Position numbers and translations under genes: made by a program. Under the pieces are notes generated by a model. It searched no databases. It was not told the origin of the DNA and was given only the letters and a program-made list of their open reading frames with translations. Positions 8,903-18,318 of a stretch of DNA of 64,000 nucleotides are shown piece after piece. The first letter of the stretch is position 1. Each line of letters starts with the position of its first letter. Origin of the DNA: a virus. Lineage: Duplodnaviria > Caudoviricetes. The DNA is taken from IMG/VR virus record IMGVR_UViG_3300033073_000981, positions 3,142 to 67,141 of that record; one strand, written 5' to 3'.

Positions 8903-9244
8903 ATGCCAACATATCACTACGCTTGTAATGAATGCAAGGAAGAATTTGAAGTATTCCACAGCATTAAAGAACCATTGAGAAAGATTTGCCCGTTTTGTGA
9001 AAAGGCTGGCTTGTCGGTTGTTTTAGATGAACCTCCGGTTATAATAAATAAGGAAGTGAAGACAATCGGCCAGCTAGCTGAAAAGAATGCCAAGGAACTT
9101 GGTAGATATGGATTAGAAGAAAAAATGGCTAGCGATGGTTCTATAGAAAGAATAAAGAAAAGGGAAAAAAGAGAAGAGATAACAAAGATATCAAAATTAT
9201 CTCCAGACAAACAACGTAAATTTATTGAAACGGGTAAACTATGA
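8903..9244 (+). CDS. FmdB-type zinc-ribbon protein
   Basis: MPTYHYACNEC...CPFC. Confidence 0.8.
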   Translation: MPTYHYACNECKEEFEVFHSIKEPLRKICPFCEKAGLSVVLDEPPVIINKEVKTIGQLAEKNAKELGRYGLEEKMASDGSIERIKKREKREEITKISKLSPDKQRKFIETGKL

Positions 9245-9489
9245 TACGAGAAAGAATAAATATTGGTCCACATATGGGACTATTAAAGTTTAATATTTTT
9301 ATTCATAGGGTGCTTGAGGATGGTAGCATAGATCCGCAACCAGTTGACTGCACAGATGAATTTCAAAAACTAGGAATGACTAATCTAGGTGAAATTAATG
9401 TAACTGGATATGATAAAAATAATTGTATTGAAAAGGTTAAAACATTACTTGAAAGTTTAGGAAAAGAAAATGGTAAAAAGCGAAAATAA
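9241..9489 (+). CDS. hypothetical protein
   Basis: 82-aa coupled ORF. Confidence 0.65.
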   Translation: MIRERINIGPHMGLLKFNIFIHRVLEDGSIDPQPVDCTDEFQKLGMTNLGEINVTGYDKNNCIEKVKTLLESLGKENGKKRK

Positions 9490-9826
9490 TGATACTGCTG
9501 GACTAATGATTCCAGAAGCTGATGAAGTGCTAACACAATTCTTTGATAAAAGCGGTAACTTGGGCCAAGAAATTAATGCAGTTGCAAAAGTTACTAAAAT
9601 TCACAATAAGGAAAGCGACAGAATTGTAGTAAACTACTACATTAAACATGGAAGAGGAATGCTATTTGATCCATATGGAATGGATGCAAATAAAATTAAC
9701 GCATATAATTTCCAATTCAAGAAAGTCGATCAAAAGGTTTATTCTCAATATGTACAATATTTAAAAACCCGTAGATCAATTTTTCTTACATATGCACAAA
9801 GAGAATTCAAAGATAAAGGATATTGA
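9470..9826 (+). CDS. hypothetical protein
   Basis: 118-aa ORF. Confidence 0.7.
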   Translation: MVKSENNDTAGLMIPEADEVLTQFFDKSGNLGQEINAVAKVTKIHNKESDRIVVNYYIKHGRGMLFDPYGMDANKINAYNFQFKKVDQKVYSQYVQYLKTRRSIFLTYAQREFKDKGY

Positions 9827-9827
9827 T

Positions 9828-10145
9828 ATGCCAAAAAAGAAAATAGACACTAGCAAAAAGATAGAATCTTCAAAAACAGAAGTAAAGTATAAAAATATCA
9901 AGACTAATGATGGCAAAGATGTTAATATTAGTGAGCCTAAGCTAGCAGATAAAAATGTTAGAAGTCCAATTAGTTTCCCAGATACAAGAGAATTGTTTGC
10001 TAGGAAGAAAGATTATGGCGTTGTAACTATGACTGAACAGGCTTCAACAAGAGCAGATGAAACTGCTAAGGATAGACAGCCAACAAATAAATATAATATT
10101 CCACCAAGACTAGGAAACTGTATTCATAAAATTAGAGAAGACTAA
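9828..10145 (+). CDS. hypothetical Lys-rich protein
   Basis: Likely start ATG 9828 within track ORF 9792..10145. Confidence 0.65.
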   Translation: MPKKKIDTSKKIESSKTEVKYKNIKTNDGKDVNISEPKLADKNVRSPISFPDTRELFARKKDYGVVTMTEQASTRADETAKDRQPTNKYNIPPRLGNCIHKIRED

Positions 10146-10642
10146 TGATCTGTACAGGATTTAATAAAGATATATTATCACTATTAGATAAACAAGAAAT
10201 ATTATGGAAATGTAAACTTGAAGATGGTATAGAAGTTTGGTCAGATTTTGATGTGCCAGACAAAAAAGATCCTTGGACAAGACTAAAAGAATATTGCTTT
10301 AATAATGATAAGAAAATTATAGAAGTAAAAGTAATTTGTCCGGGTATGCCAGAGCAAGTAATCTTTGAAGATAATGAGGGGTTAGATAACTTCTTTGTAA
10401 TAAGAGGTATGTCTAAAGAGCTTACAGATGATAGTGATATGATATATAAATTCATGTCTTTTGGCATCTTAAAAGAAGATGGCAAATTTCATGTTAAAAA
10501 GTTTTATTGGCCACAATTTGCTCTTGGTGAATCTGAAGAAGTCAGAGAACCAACTACTGAAAATATTGAATTGTCATTTAAAAAAAGAAAAAAGTGCAAG
10601 GATGATTGTAAATGTCAACAAAAAAGAATCAAACCGCACTAA
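10145..10642 (+). CDS. hypothetical protein
   Basis: 165-aa coupled ORF. Confidence 0.7.
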   Translation: MICTGFNKDILSLLDKQEILWKCKLEDGIEVWSDFDVPDKKDPWTRLKEYCFNNDKKIIEVKVICPGMPEQVIFEDNEGLDNFFVIRGMSKELTDDSDMIYKFMSFGILKEDGKFHVKKFYWPQFALGESEEVREPTTENIELSFKKRKKCKDDCKCQQKRIKPH

Positions 10643-11073
10643 GTAAATACAAGTCCCCGTCCACCGGGGACTTTTGTACTTCTGCACAGTATGTTGCGGA
10701 GATTATATGTCAAAGATGCGCTACTCATGAGAAAGCTGGCACTCTTCCTTACAAATTTTGGAACTTACCAAAATGGAAAAAAATCTATATAAGACAAGTT
10801 TCATTAGCCAATAAGCTGATCAAAGAATACGGCGAAGAGCCAGTAATTAAATTCGTCAAGTCAAGCGCGGGTAAGAATACTATTTCTCTTGGCGCACGAA
10901 ATGTAAAAAAAGAAATAGAAAAAATCAAATATGCTCTTGACAACGCTCCAAAGCATGTTACAATAGAAGTAAAACAGATTAGTCAAGGCGAATTCAAGTC
11001 TAGAAAATCGTTTGGAAGCAAAACATTATTAAACAGATTAAAGGAAATAGAGAATGAGTCTAACGACAGTTGA
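10612..11073 (+). CDS. hypothetical protein
   Basis: 153-aa ORF. Confidence 0.7.
   Translation: MSTKKNQTALSKYKSPSTGDFCTSAQYVAEIICQRCATHEKAGTLPYKFWNLPKWKKIYIRQVSLANKLIKEYGEEPVIKFVKSSAGKNTISLGARNVKKEIEKIKYALDNAPKHVTIEVKQISQGEFKSRKSFGSKTLLNRLKEIENESNDS
10937..10964 (+). promoter_or_regulatory. sigma70-like promoter upstream of recA
   Basis: TTGACA-N16-TACAAT with extended -10 TGn. Confidence 0.55.
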
Positions 11074-12061
11074 TAAAGACTTTTTTAAAAAATACGGCGA
11101 CTATGTTACAACCGGCGATAAAGTTCTTGAGCAAAAAAGAAATTATAAGGTTATACCTATTAGTCCAGCAATTGACCTAGCTCTTGGTGGAGGTATCAAA
11201 GAAGGTTCTTGGATGATTCTTTCTGGGCCACCAAAGGCTGGCAAAACAACCACTACAATGCAGATTATTGCTAACTGTCAAGCTCTTGGTCGTAAGATTA
11301 TTTATCTTGATGTTGAGGGTCGTCTAAAAGAGATGAATTTTGAAGTTCCGGGTATTGACCCATCTCAAGTTCAAGTTATTCGTTCAGGTGATGAACCCTT
11401 ATCTGCGGAAACATTTCTTGATATTGCCCGCAAACTTATCTCAGCAAAAGAGAATGAAGGCTGCGTTCTTGTTATTGATTCTATTTCTTCACTAATTCCT
11501 TCTCGCGATCTTGATGAAGATATTAGTGGTATGACTAGACCGGGATTGCCAAAAATTCTTTCTGACTTTGTTAAGAAACTTGGTCAAACAGTTCCTAATC
11601 AAAAATGTCTTGTAATTATGATCACGCATATGATTACAAATACAAGTGGCTATGGCAAGTCAAAAATGGCCGATGGTGGCGTTAAGATTCAATTCCAAGC
11701 AGATACGCGAATGGAAGTTAAAAGCGTTCAGCCGTGGGAATCCGCAAGCTCTAGCAAAGACAATAAGAATGTTGTTGGACTAAAGGTTACATGGGATGTT
11801 TTATGTTCATCTATCGGGTCTCCATATAAGACATGTGAGAGCTGGATTAGATTTGGTCACGGTATTGATAAAGTGCAAGAGATTATTATGATTGCTATTG
11901 ATCTTGGACTGATTTCTGTGGCGGGTTCATGGTATAATTTAGACTTTATCGAAACAGAAAAGGTTAAACTTCAGGGACAAGAAAAGGTTTATAATTATCT
12001 AACCGATAATCCTGCTGCATATACAACGCTTGAAACTAAAGTTAAGGAAATGCTATATTGA
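11054..12061 (+). CDS. recA: RecA/UvsX-like recombinase
   Basis: IDLALGGGI, GPPKAGKT Walker A, VIDSIS Walker B, GG..IQFQADTRMEV, AGSWY. Confidence 0.92.
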   Translation: MSLTTVDKDFFKKYGDYVTTGDKVLEQKRNYKVIPISPAIDLALGGGIKEGSWMILSGPPKAGKTTTTMQIIANCQALGRKIIYLDVEGRLKEMNFEVPGIDPSQVQVIRSGDEPLSAETFLDIARKLISAKENEGCVLVIDSISSLIPSRDLDEDISGMTRPGLPKILSDFVKKLGQTVPNQKCLVIMITHMITNTSGYGKSKMADGGVKIQFQADTRMEVKSVQPWESASSSKDNKNVVGLKVTWDVLCSSIGSPYKTCESWIRFGHGIDKVQEIIMIAIDLGLISVAGSWYNLDFIETEKVKLQGQEKVYNYLTDNPAAYTTLETKVKEMLY

Positions 12062-12471
12062 ATATTGTAGGACTTGATGGTAAAGACTATACTTGGATTC
12101 CAAGTAACAATATCGTTGAAACCACAAAAAGATCTGGACTACATAGTAAAGCAAAAGAACTATTAAAAGAGCGATATCCTAATGATAGAATTCTTGAGGA
12201 ATTAGTTTTGCCCGGAACTAAAACTGGAAATAGAAAATCAACCTTAAAAGCTGATTTTTTTATTCCGGTTCGCGGACTTGTCGTAGAAGTTCATGGACAG
12301 CAACACACTGAATTTAATAATTTCTTTTTTGCTAATAAAATGGAGTTCTATAAAGCACAGGCTCGCGACAGAGATAAGAAATCTTGGTGCGAATTAAATA
12401 ACTTTACTCTAATTGAATTATTTCATGACGAGTCTATTGATCAGTGGAAAGAAAAGATATGGAAGATATAG
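12058..12471 (+). CDS. PD-(D/E)xK (Vsr/DUF559-like) endonuclease
   Basis: ADFFIP..LVVEVHGQQH, RDRDKKSWC; TTG start. Confidence 0.7.
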   Translation: MNIVGLDGKDYTWIPSNNIVETTKRSGLHSKAKELLKERYPNDRILEELVLPGTKTGNRKSTLKADFFIPVRGLVVEVHGQQHTEFNNFFFANKMEFYKAQARDRDKKSWCELNNFTLIELFHDESIDQWKEKIWKI

Positions 12472-12956
12472 ATGAAAAATATGCCAAATTCCACAAAAAT
12501 ATAGAGGACTGGATACAAGGCAATCGCATCGATTATGGGCTTAATTGCACTCTTGATGACGCGATTAAAGTTGGCAAAATCATGCATCTCCAAGAAGAAG
12601 ATATTAAAAAGATGTCTTCGCTAGATTGTCAAGCTGCAATTTTTACTTTGAATAAGTATATGACATATACAAGTTTAATAGTTGCAAGAGAAAAAGCAGC
12701 GAAACAATGGGCTGAACAAGGGATATGGTATATCGTAACTGGACAAAAACATGACAAGTTTGCCAAATGGGAAGAGAAGTATCATTCAGCTCTTAGAAAT
12801 CACAAATCTGGTCTAAAATTATTGATGCTTAAAACTACTGCTGATGCTAGAATATTAGCAGGAGAAGCTCAAATTAAAGGATTTGAACATGCGATGAAAG
12901 TATTAGAGAATATTGCGAGGAGTAAATCATATGACAGATCTCAGGGAACAGGCTAA
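12459..12956 (+). CDS. hypothetical helical protein (possible UvsY-like recombination mediator)
   Basis: Helical/coiled-coil character and position after recA; function is inference only. Confidence 0.45.
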   Translation: MEDIDEKYAKFHKNIEDWIQGNRIDYGLNCTLDDAIKVGKIMHLQEEDIKKMSSLDCQAAIFTLNKYMTYTSLIVAREKAAKQWAEQGIWYIVTGQKHDKFAKWEEKYHSALRNHKSGLKLLMLKTTADARILAGEAQIKGFEHAMKVLENIARSKSYDRSQGTG

Positions 12957-13416
12957 AAAGGTTATAGCCAAAGGAAAAGCACTAAATGATCCAGAATTGG
13001 TTCGTATGGGTCTAGAAATGTTAGATGCTTACAGTGGAGAAATTGAAGAAGAACAGCAAGTAGTGATGCCTATTGCTCCATCTCCAGAAATTAAAAAAGT
13101 GGTTACATCATCAGTTAGTAGATTTGATGTTTCTCAATTTACTATGTCAAAAGCTGGTTCTAATATTATAGACAAAAGTGGTAAAAAGCAACCTCTTTAC
13201 ATTGGTCCTCGTCAAAATAAATATCAAGATGATGGATCGGATGGTAAAGATATTTTAACGCCTAAAATTAAACCAACTGAAAGAACTAGAAAGCCTGTAG
13301 ACAATGAAAAAGTTGATCAGGTTTGTGAAATATGCGGAAAACAGGAAAAGGTTTTGCCAATTTATGCTAGAGAATATTATCGTTGTCAATCTTGTTTATT
13401 GAAAGGAAAGTCATGA
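12931..13416 (+). CDS. hypothetical protein with C-terminal zinc ribbon
   Basis: CEICG...CQSC; SD GAGGAG before ATG 12931. Confidence 0.65.
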   Translation: MTDLREQAKKVIAKGKALNDPELVRMGLEMLDAYSGEIEEEQQVVMPIAPSPEIKKVVTSSVSRFDVSQFTMSKAGSNIIDKSGKKQPLYIGPRQNKYQDDGSDGKDILTPKIKPTERTRKPVDNEKVDQVCEICGKQEKVLPIYAREYYRCQSCLLKGKS

Positions 13417-13859
13417 GTGCATATCTAAGTTATGAATTACCAGTTAAGCGTCTTACAGAAACCGCAAAGCTCCCAGATAAAGCTAATTTGTTTGACGCTG
13501 GGTTAGATCTTTATTGTGATGAAAAGGAAGTTGTTCGACTAGCGCCCGGTGAACGTAAACTTTTTTCTACGGGCATTTCGGTTGCCATTCCAAAAGGTTT
13601 TGTTGGGCTAATTTGGCCAAGATCTGGTCATGCAGTTAAGAAAGGTCTTGACACAATGGCTGGCGTTATTGATTCTCCGTATCGTGGAGAAGTCAAGGTA
13701 TTGCTCGTCAATCATAGTGACGAGTATCAATATTACTCGCCCGGAGATAAGATTGCCCAGATGCTTGTCCAAGTAATTCCAGATTTTACAGCTATAGAAG
13801 TAGATAATCTAGATGAAACTTCTCGCGGAGAGAACGGATTTGGGAGTTCAGGAACTTGA
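13413..13859 (+). CDS. dut: trimeric dUTPase
   Basis: AGLDL, PRSG, GVIDSPYRGE, RGENGFGSSG motifs. Confidence 0.95.
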   Translation: MSAYLSYELPVKRLTETAKLPDKANLFDAGLDLYCDEKEVVRLAPGERKLFSTGISVAIPKGFVGLIWPRSGHAVKKGLDTMAGVIDSPYRGEVKVLLVNHSDEYQYYSPGDKIAQMLVQVIPDFTAIEVDNLDETSRGENGFGSSGT

Positions 13860-13969
13860 TATATCTAAAAGCTGGGTTTATACTATTTGTAGCATTCTAT
13901 TGTATATCTGTATATAGAATCGTTAATGGGGCTATTATTGGAGATATTAATGATAGAGATTGTATTTAG
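13856..13969 (+). CDS. small hydrophobic ORF (37 aa, not in track)
   Basis: TTG start overlaps the dut stop (TTGA); LIYLKAGFILFVAFYCISVYRIVNG...; fills the gap. Confidence 0.4.
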   Translation: MIYLKAGFILFVAFYCISVYRIVNGAIIGDINDRDCI

Positions 13970-14174
13970 TTTAACCTTCATCTGGCTCATAGGTTTATTC
14001 TTGTTTTTAGTTTCATATGATATCTATGCAGTTACAAAAGGTAAACCAACGGTTAGTTGGGCTGTTTTTGATATCAGTCGTAAATGGCCGATTGTGCCAT
14101 TTTTATTTGGATTTTTGATTGGGGGGTTGGCAGGACATTTCTTTTTTCCAATACCAATACCAGCAGGACAATAA
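13950..14174 (+). CDS. small two-TM membrane protein
   Basis: Two hydrophobic stretches; likely start 13950 in track ORF 13926..14174. Confidence 0.65.
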   Translation: MIEIVFSLTFIWLIGLFLFLVSYDIYAVTKGKPTVSWAVFDISRKWPIVPFLFGFLIGGLAGHFFFPIPIPAGQ

Positions 14175-14175
14175 C

Positions 14176-14433
14176 ATGGAAAAACAAAATATTGCAGTTC
14201 AGGCTTTTCGAATAGAAAATAGAGAGATTATACTTGACAATTTGCCGCCTACGCTGTATGATACTATACAAGAAAACGTTCCCGAATTCTATGAAAAAAT
14301 AGATGATAGGGTATGGAATATGCCAGTTATACATGATGACAAAGTATATTACGTGATCATGTCTCGAAATAAAAACGCAGTAGAAGATTTTATGAATGCA
14401 GTTCTTTTTACAGAGAGGATTTTAAATGCTTAA
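14176..14433 (+). CDS. hypothetical protein
   Basis: Likely start ATG 14176 in track ORF 14119..14433. Confidence 0.6.
   Translation: MEKQNIAVQAFRIENREIILDNLPPTLYDTIQENVPEFYEKIDDRVWNMPVIHDDKVYYVIMSRNKNAVEDFMNAVLFTERILNA
14234..14262 (+). promoter_or_regulatory. sigma70-like promoter inside an ORF
   Basis: TTGACA-N17-TATGAT, upstream of 14426. Confidence 0.6.
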
Positions 14434-14650
14434 CACATTAGCACTTTTGGCCGCATCAACGGTCGGCCAGTTTTTTGTAGTAAACCAACAAATTCCAGTT
14501 GTGGTTCAACAACCTCAACAAATCGTCATTCCATATGTAGTTCAACAACCACAATATATTGTTGTTCCACGACCAGTTTATGTACCAGTACAGGTTCCTG
14601 TTTATCAACCTGTATATTACCAGTATCCAGTTTATAGAATTTATCCTTGA
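14426..14650 (+). CDS. small Pro/Val/Gln/Tyr-rich protein with signal-like N-terminus
   Basis: MLNTLALLAASTVGQ followed by a low-complexity VVQQPQ/PVY-rich body. Confidence 0.65.
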   Translation: MLNTLALLAASTVGQFFVVNQQIPVVVQQPQQIVIPYVVQQPQYIVVPRPVYVPVQVPVYQPVYYQYPVYRIYP

Positions 14651-14660
14651 GGACTATAAT

Positions 14661-15038
14661 ATGAGTGAAAAGAATCCATTGAATGTATATAATCATTTTG
14701 AGGCAATCAAAAATGCAGTTGCTCAACTTGAAACAATCCACGTTTATGAACTTAATGCAAGAACATATGGGGATGCTGATACACCATCTCTTAAGGCAGA
14801 AATTGCTGATCTCGACAAGAAAATTCTTGAATATGAACTTCAGTTAGCAGATATGCATAAGTATATTGAAGAGCTAGAAAGAACTAATCAAGTTCTTTTA
14901 TCGGCTAATAATACTTTAATTGATATGAATAGGGGTCTCAGTCAAAATCACGAATCCATTCAGGATACAGCAGAAAAACTAGCAGATGCTTATAATAAAT
15001 TGCCACGAGTTATAAAGAAGTTTTATGGAGTAAAGTAA
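14661..15038 (+). CDS. coiled-coil hypothetical protein
   Basis: SD GAGG before ATG 14661; heptad pattern. Confidence 0.7.
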   Translation: MSEKNPLNVYNHFEAIKNAVAQLETIHVYELNARTYGDADTPSLKAEIADLDKKILEYELQLADMHKYIEELERTNQVLLSANNTLIDMNRGLSQNHESIQDTAEKLADAYNKLPRVIKKFYGVK

Positions 15039-15039
15039 T

Positions 15040-16497
15040 ATGAGTCAAGCCGATCTTAGTAATTTACCAGTTGAAAGAGCAGTATTGGCTGGAATTTGCC
15101 AGTTCGGCTTAGAAGTTTATGTTGATCTTGATTTTATCGAGGTCGATCACTTTACTCATGAATTAAACCAGATAATCTTTAGTTGCTTAAAAGATATTAT
15201 CTTAAATAATCAAAATATTGAATATTTAACAATATTTTCAACGGCTCAAAAACTGGGTGTATTTGAGCTTATCAATAAGAATACTGAAATGGGCTTCATT
15301 AGAAGTCTATTTAACTTTCCTGTTAATAAAGAAAATATACCCAAGTTTGCCGCAAAGCTCACAAAGCTAAAACTAGCTAGAGATTTAAAATCTGCAATTA
15401 AAAAAGCAGACAAGTCAATAGATAAAATAACTGGTGATGAGCCTGTTGAAGATATTATTTCATCAGCCGAAAAGCCAATTGCAGAAGTTACGCTGGATGC
15501 TTATAAAGAGCATAGTAATAAAACCATGCTTGTAGGAGAAAACATAGATGAGTATGTTCAATATCTTATTGATAGTCCCGTTGATTATCTTGGCATTCCC
15601 ACCGGGCTTAGACATTTTGACGAGGCTTGCGGAGGAGGAATTAGACGAAAATCCATATGTTTGATTGGTGCTAGAACAGGGGTTGGTAAAAGCGTTATTT
15701 CAACAAATGTTGCCTTGCATGTGGCTGGCAAGTTAAATATACCAGTTTTGTATCTTGATACAGAAATGGATATTGGCGATCAGCGTAATCGTATGTTGGC
15801 AAATATTAGCAATGTCAAAATTAATGATATCGCTATGGGTAAGTTTGCCAAAAGTTTTATGTCTTGCGAAAGCGTTAAACGGGCAGCGGGATATTTGAAA
15901 GGCATTCCTTATCACTACATGTCAATTGCGGGTCAACCTTTTGATAATGTTTTGAATATTATTAAGAGATGGATTCATCAACACGTAGGATTTGATGAGA
16001 CTGGTAGAACGAATGACTGTCTTGTTATTTATGACTACTTTAAATTGATGAGTAGCGCGGGACTATCTGCGGCAATGCAAGAATATCAAGCATTAGGATT
16101 TCAAATTACAAAAATGAATGACTTTTGTATTCAATACGATATTCCTTGTTTATCATTTGTACAGTTAAATAGAGAAGAAGAAATTGCTCAGTCGGATCGT
16201 TTGCAGTGGCTAGCATCTACTGTGGCAAAATTTCAAGTTAAAAGCGACGAAGAGATGGCCGACGATGGAGATCAAAATGGTAATCGTAAGATTGTGTTTT
16301 TAAAGCATAGACATGGTTCTGGTCTTGAACAAGGGGACTATATCAATGTCAAAATGAATGGTGCTTGCGCCAAGCTAACTGAGTGGTATACAAGAAATCA
16401 ATTGAAGTCAGGAGCAGTAAATGCCGACGAAACCAGCGACCCCATATTTGAAGAACGAGAAAGTGAGTCGGGAGAAGATATATTCGATATGCAATGA
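15040..16497 (+). CDS. dnaB: DnaB-family replicative helicase
   Basis: ERAVLAG N-domain, GIPTG, GARTGVGKS Walker A, IYDYFKL, QLNR, KHRHG. Confidence 0.93.
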   Translation: MSQADLSNLPVERAVLAGICQFGLEVYVDLDFIEVDHFTHELNQIIFSCLKDIILNNQNIEYLTIFSTAQKLGVFELINKNTEMGFIRSLFNFPVNKENIPKFAAKLTKLKLARDLKSAIKKADKSIDKITGDEPVEDIISSAEKPIAEVTLDAYKEHSNKTMLVGENIDEYVQYLIDSPVDYLGIPTGLRHFDEACGGGIRRKSICLIGARTGVGKSVISTNVALHVAGKLNIPVLYLDTEMDIGDQRNRMLANISNVKINDIAMGKFAKSFMSCESVKRAAGYLKGIPYHYMSIAGQPFDNVLNIIKRWIHQHVGFDETGRTNDCLVIYDYFKLMSSAGLSAAMQEYQALGFQITKMNDFCIQYDIPCLSFVQLNREEEIAQSDRLQWLASTVAKFQVKSDEEMADDGDQNGNRKIVFLKHRHGSGLEQGDYINVKMNGACAKLTEWYTRNQLKSGAVNADETSDPIFEERESESGEDIFDMQ

Positions 16498-17503
16498 AAT
16501 GTCTAATAGAATACCAGAACTATTAGATAAGCTAAGTATAGAATATACTGAGTTTGAAAATAGAATATCTTTCTGTTGTCCAGTTCATAATGGAGATAAT
16601 GTAGAGGGGGCTTGTATATTCACAGACGGGACAAAATCTAAAGGTAATTGGGTATGTTGGACGCATGGATGTGAAAGGGACTATGGCAAAAATATTATTA
16701 ATTTTGTGATGGGAGTTCTATCTAACAGACAAGGTAAGAAGGTAGGATTCCCATCTGCTATTAATTTTTGTCTATCATTCTTAAATAAGAAAATTATAGA
16801 TATTCCGGAAGAAAAGATTCCAGAAAGCATCTATAACAATATGAAAATGATAGAAATATTTTCTCGTAAGCCTGAAAAGATTGAGCTAAATATTCCAAGA
16901 GAAAAAGTTATAGAATCGCTTGATATTCCATCTCAATACTATATTAATAGAGGATTTTTACCCGAAACGCTTGTTGCTTTTGATGTTGGAGAATGCTACA
17001 ATCAAGATAGGCCAATGCGCAATAGGGCAGTTGTTCCAGTATACGATGAGGATTATAAATATATTGGTTGTGTTGGAAGGTCGCTAGACGAGAACAACAA
17101 GAAATATAAATGGATAAATAGCAAGGGATTTAAGAAGTCATGTTATCTATATGGTATATGGATGGCAAAACCTCATATTCAAAGAACATCAAGTATTATT
17201 CTAGTTGAAGGCCAAGGAGACGTTTGGAGACTATATGAAGCTGGAATTAAAAATTCTGTTGGTATATTTGGGGCGGATCTAGGAGAAGACCAGCTTATAG
17301 CGCTTGAGCAACTTGGAGTTATGAATGTTATTATTTTAACAGATAATGATGAAGCGGGTCAAAAGGCAGCACAGGGAATTATAACAAAAGGTGGTAGAAG
17401 ATTTAATTACTTCACACCGACTATATCAAAAAAAGACGTTGGTGAAATGTCGATTGAAGATATTGAAATTGAACTTAAACCACAGATAAAGGGGTTATAT
17501 TAA
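16421..17503 (+). CDS. dnaG: DNA primase (Zn finger + Toprim)
   Basis: CCPVH...CWTHGC zinc finger; LVEGQGDV and TDNDEAG Toprim motifs. Confidence 0.9.
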   Translation: MPTKPATPYLKNEKVSREKIYSICNEMSNRIPELLDKLSIEYTEFENRISFCCPVHNGDNVEGACIFTDGTKSKGNWVCWTHGCERDYGKNIINFVMGVLSNRQGKKVGFPSAINFCLSFLNKKIIDIPEEKIPESIYNNMKMIEIFSRKPEKIELNIPREKVIESLDIPSQYYINRGFLPETLVAFDVGECYNQDRPMRNRAVVPVYDEDYKYIGCVGRSLDENNKKYKWINSKGFKKSCYLYGIWMAKPHIQRTSSIILVEGQGDVWRLYEAGIKNSVGIFGADLGEDQLIALEQLGVMNVIILTDNDEAGQKAAQGIITKGGRRFNYFTPTISKKDVGEMSIEDIEIELKPQIKGLY

Positions 17504-18318
17504 TGGGTCAGATATTAGCACTAAGCGGTAAAAAGCAATCTGGAAAAAATACTCTTTGTAATTTTCTTCATGGATATCAACTTAAAAGTTATTCTATGAT
17601 TGATAGTTTTGAAATCGCTGAAAGCGGTGAGCTTGTAATTGAAACCAGTGTTAGAGAAGAAGATGGTCGAATTTCTAAAGGCAAGGGGCAGATTGATATC
17701 ACTAGAATTGATATTGAATTTGTTGTATGGGCGATGGATAATATTTGGCCTTTTGTAAAACATTACTCTTTTGCAACTGCGCTTAAGGAAATGTCTATTG
17801 GATTGTTTAACATTCCAAAAGAATCAGTTTATGGAACTAATGAACAAAAAAATGCTCCGATTGAATACAAGTGGGAAGATATGCCAACTAAAGTTAAAGG
17901 CAAATCGGGTCAAATGACGGGCAGAGAATTCATGCAATATTTTGGTACAGATATATGCAGAAAGATATATCCAGACATTTGGACAGATAGATTAATTAAA
18001 GATATCAAGGCTGAAGAACCAAATCTTGCGATTGTAACTGATGCTAGATTTGAAAATGAAATTGAAGCTATCAAAAAAGCTGGTGGAAAAGTAATTCGAT
18101 TAACTCGAACTATTCCGGGAGAAGACTATCACGAAAGTGAAATTGCCTTAGATAATTATGATGGGTATGATGCCGTAATTGATACTCAAAATCTTAATAT
18201 AGAACAGTCTTGTGAAAAGTTAATTGAAATAATTGATGGCTGGAGATGGTTTGATACAAAAGTTTTAATAGCTCCAGAAAAGCCACTCAGAAAGCAAACA
18301 ACGATGTCAATCCGATGA
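17503..18318 (+). CDS. deoxynucleoside monophosphate kinase (T4 gp1-like)
   Basis: SGKKQSGKNT P-loop, REFMQYFGTDICRK, IVTDARFENE. Confidence 0.85.
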   Translation: MGQILALSGKKQSGKNTLCNFLHGYQLKSYSMIDSFEIAESGELVIETSVREEDGRISKGKGQIDITRIDIEFVVWAMDNIWPFVKHYSFATALKEMSIGLFNIPKESVYGTNEQKNAPIEYKWEDMPTKVKGKSGQMTGREFMQYFGTDICRKIYPDIWTDRLIKDIKAEEPNLAIVTDARFENEIEAIKKAGGKVIRLTRTIPGEDYHESEIALDNYDGYDAVIDTQNLNIEQSCEKLIEIIDGWRWFDTKVLIAPEKPLRKQTTMSIR

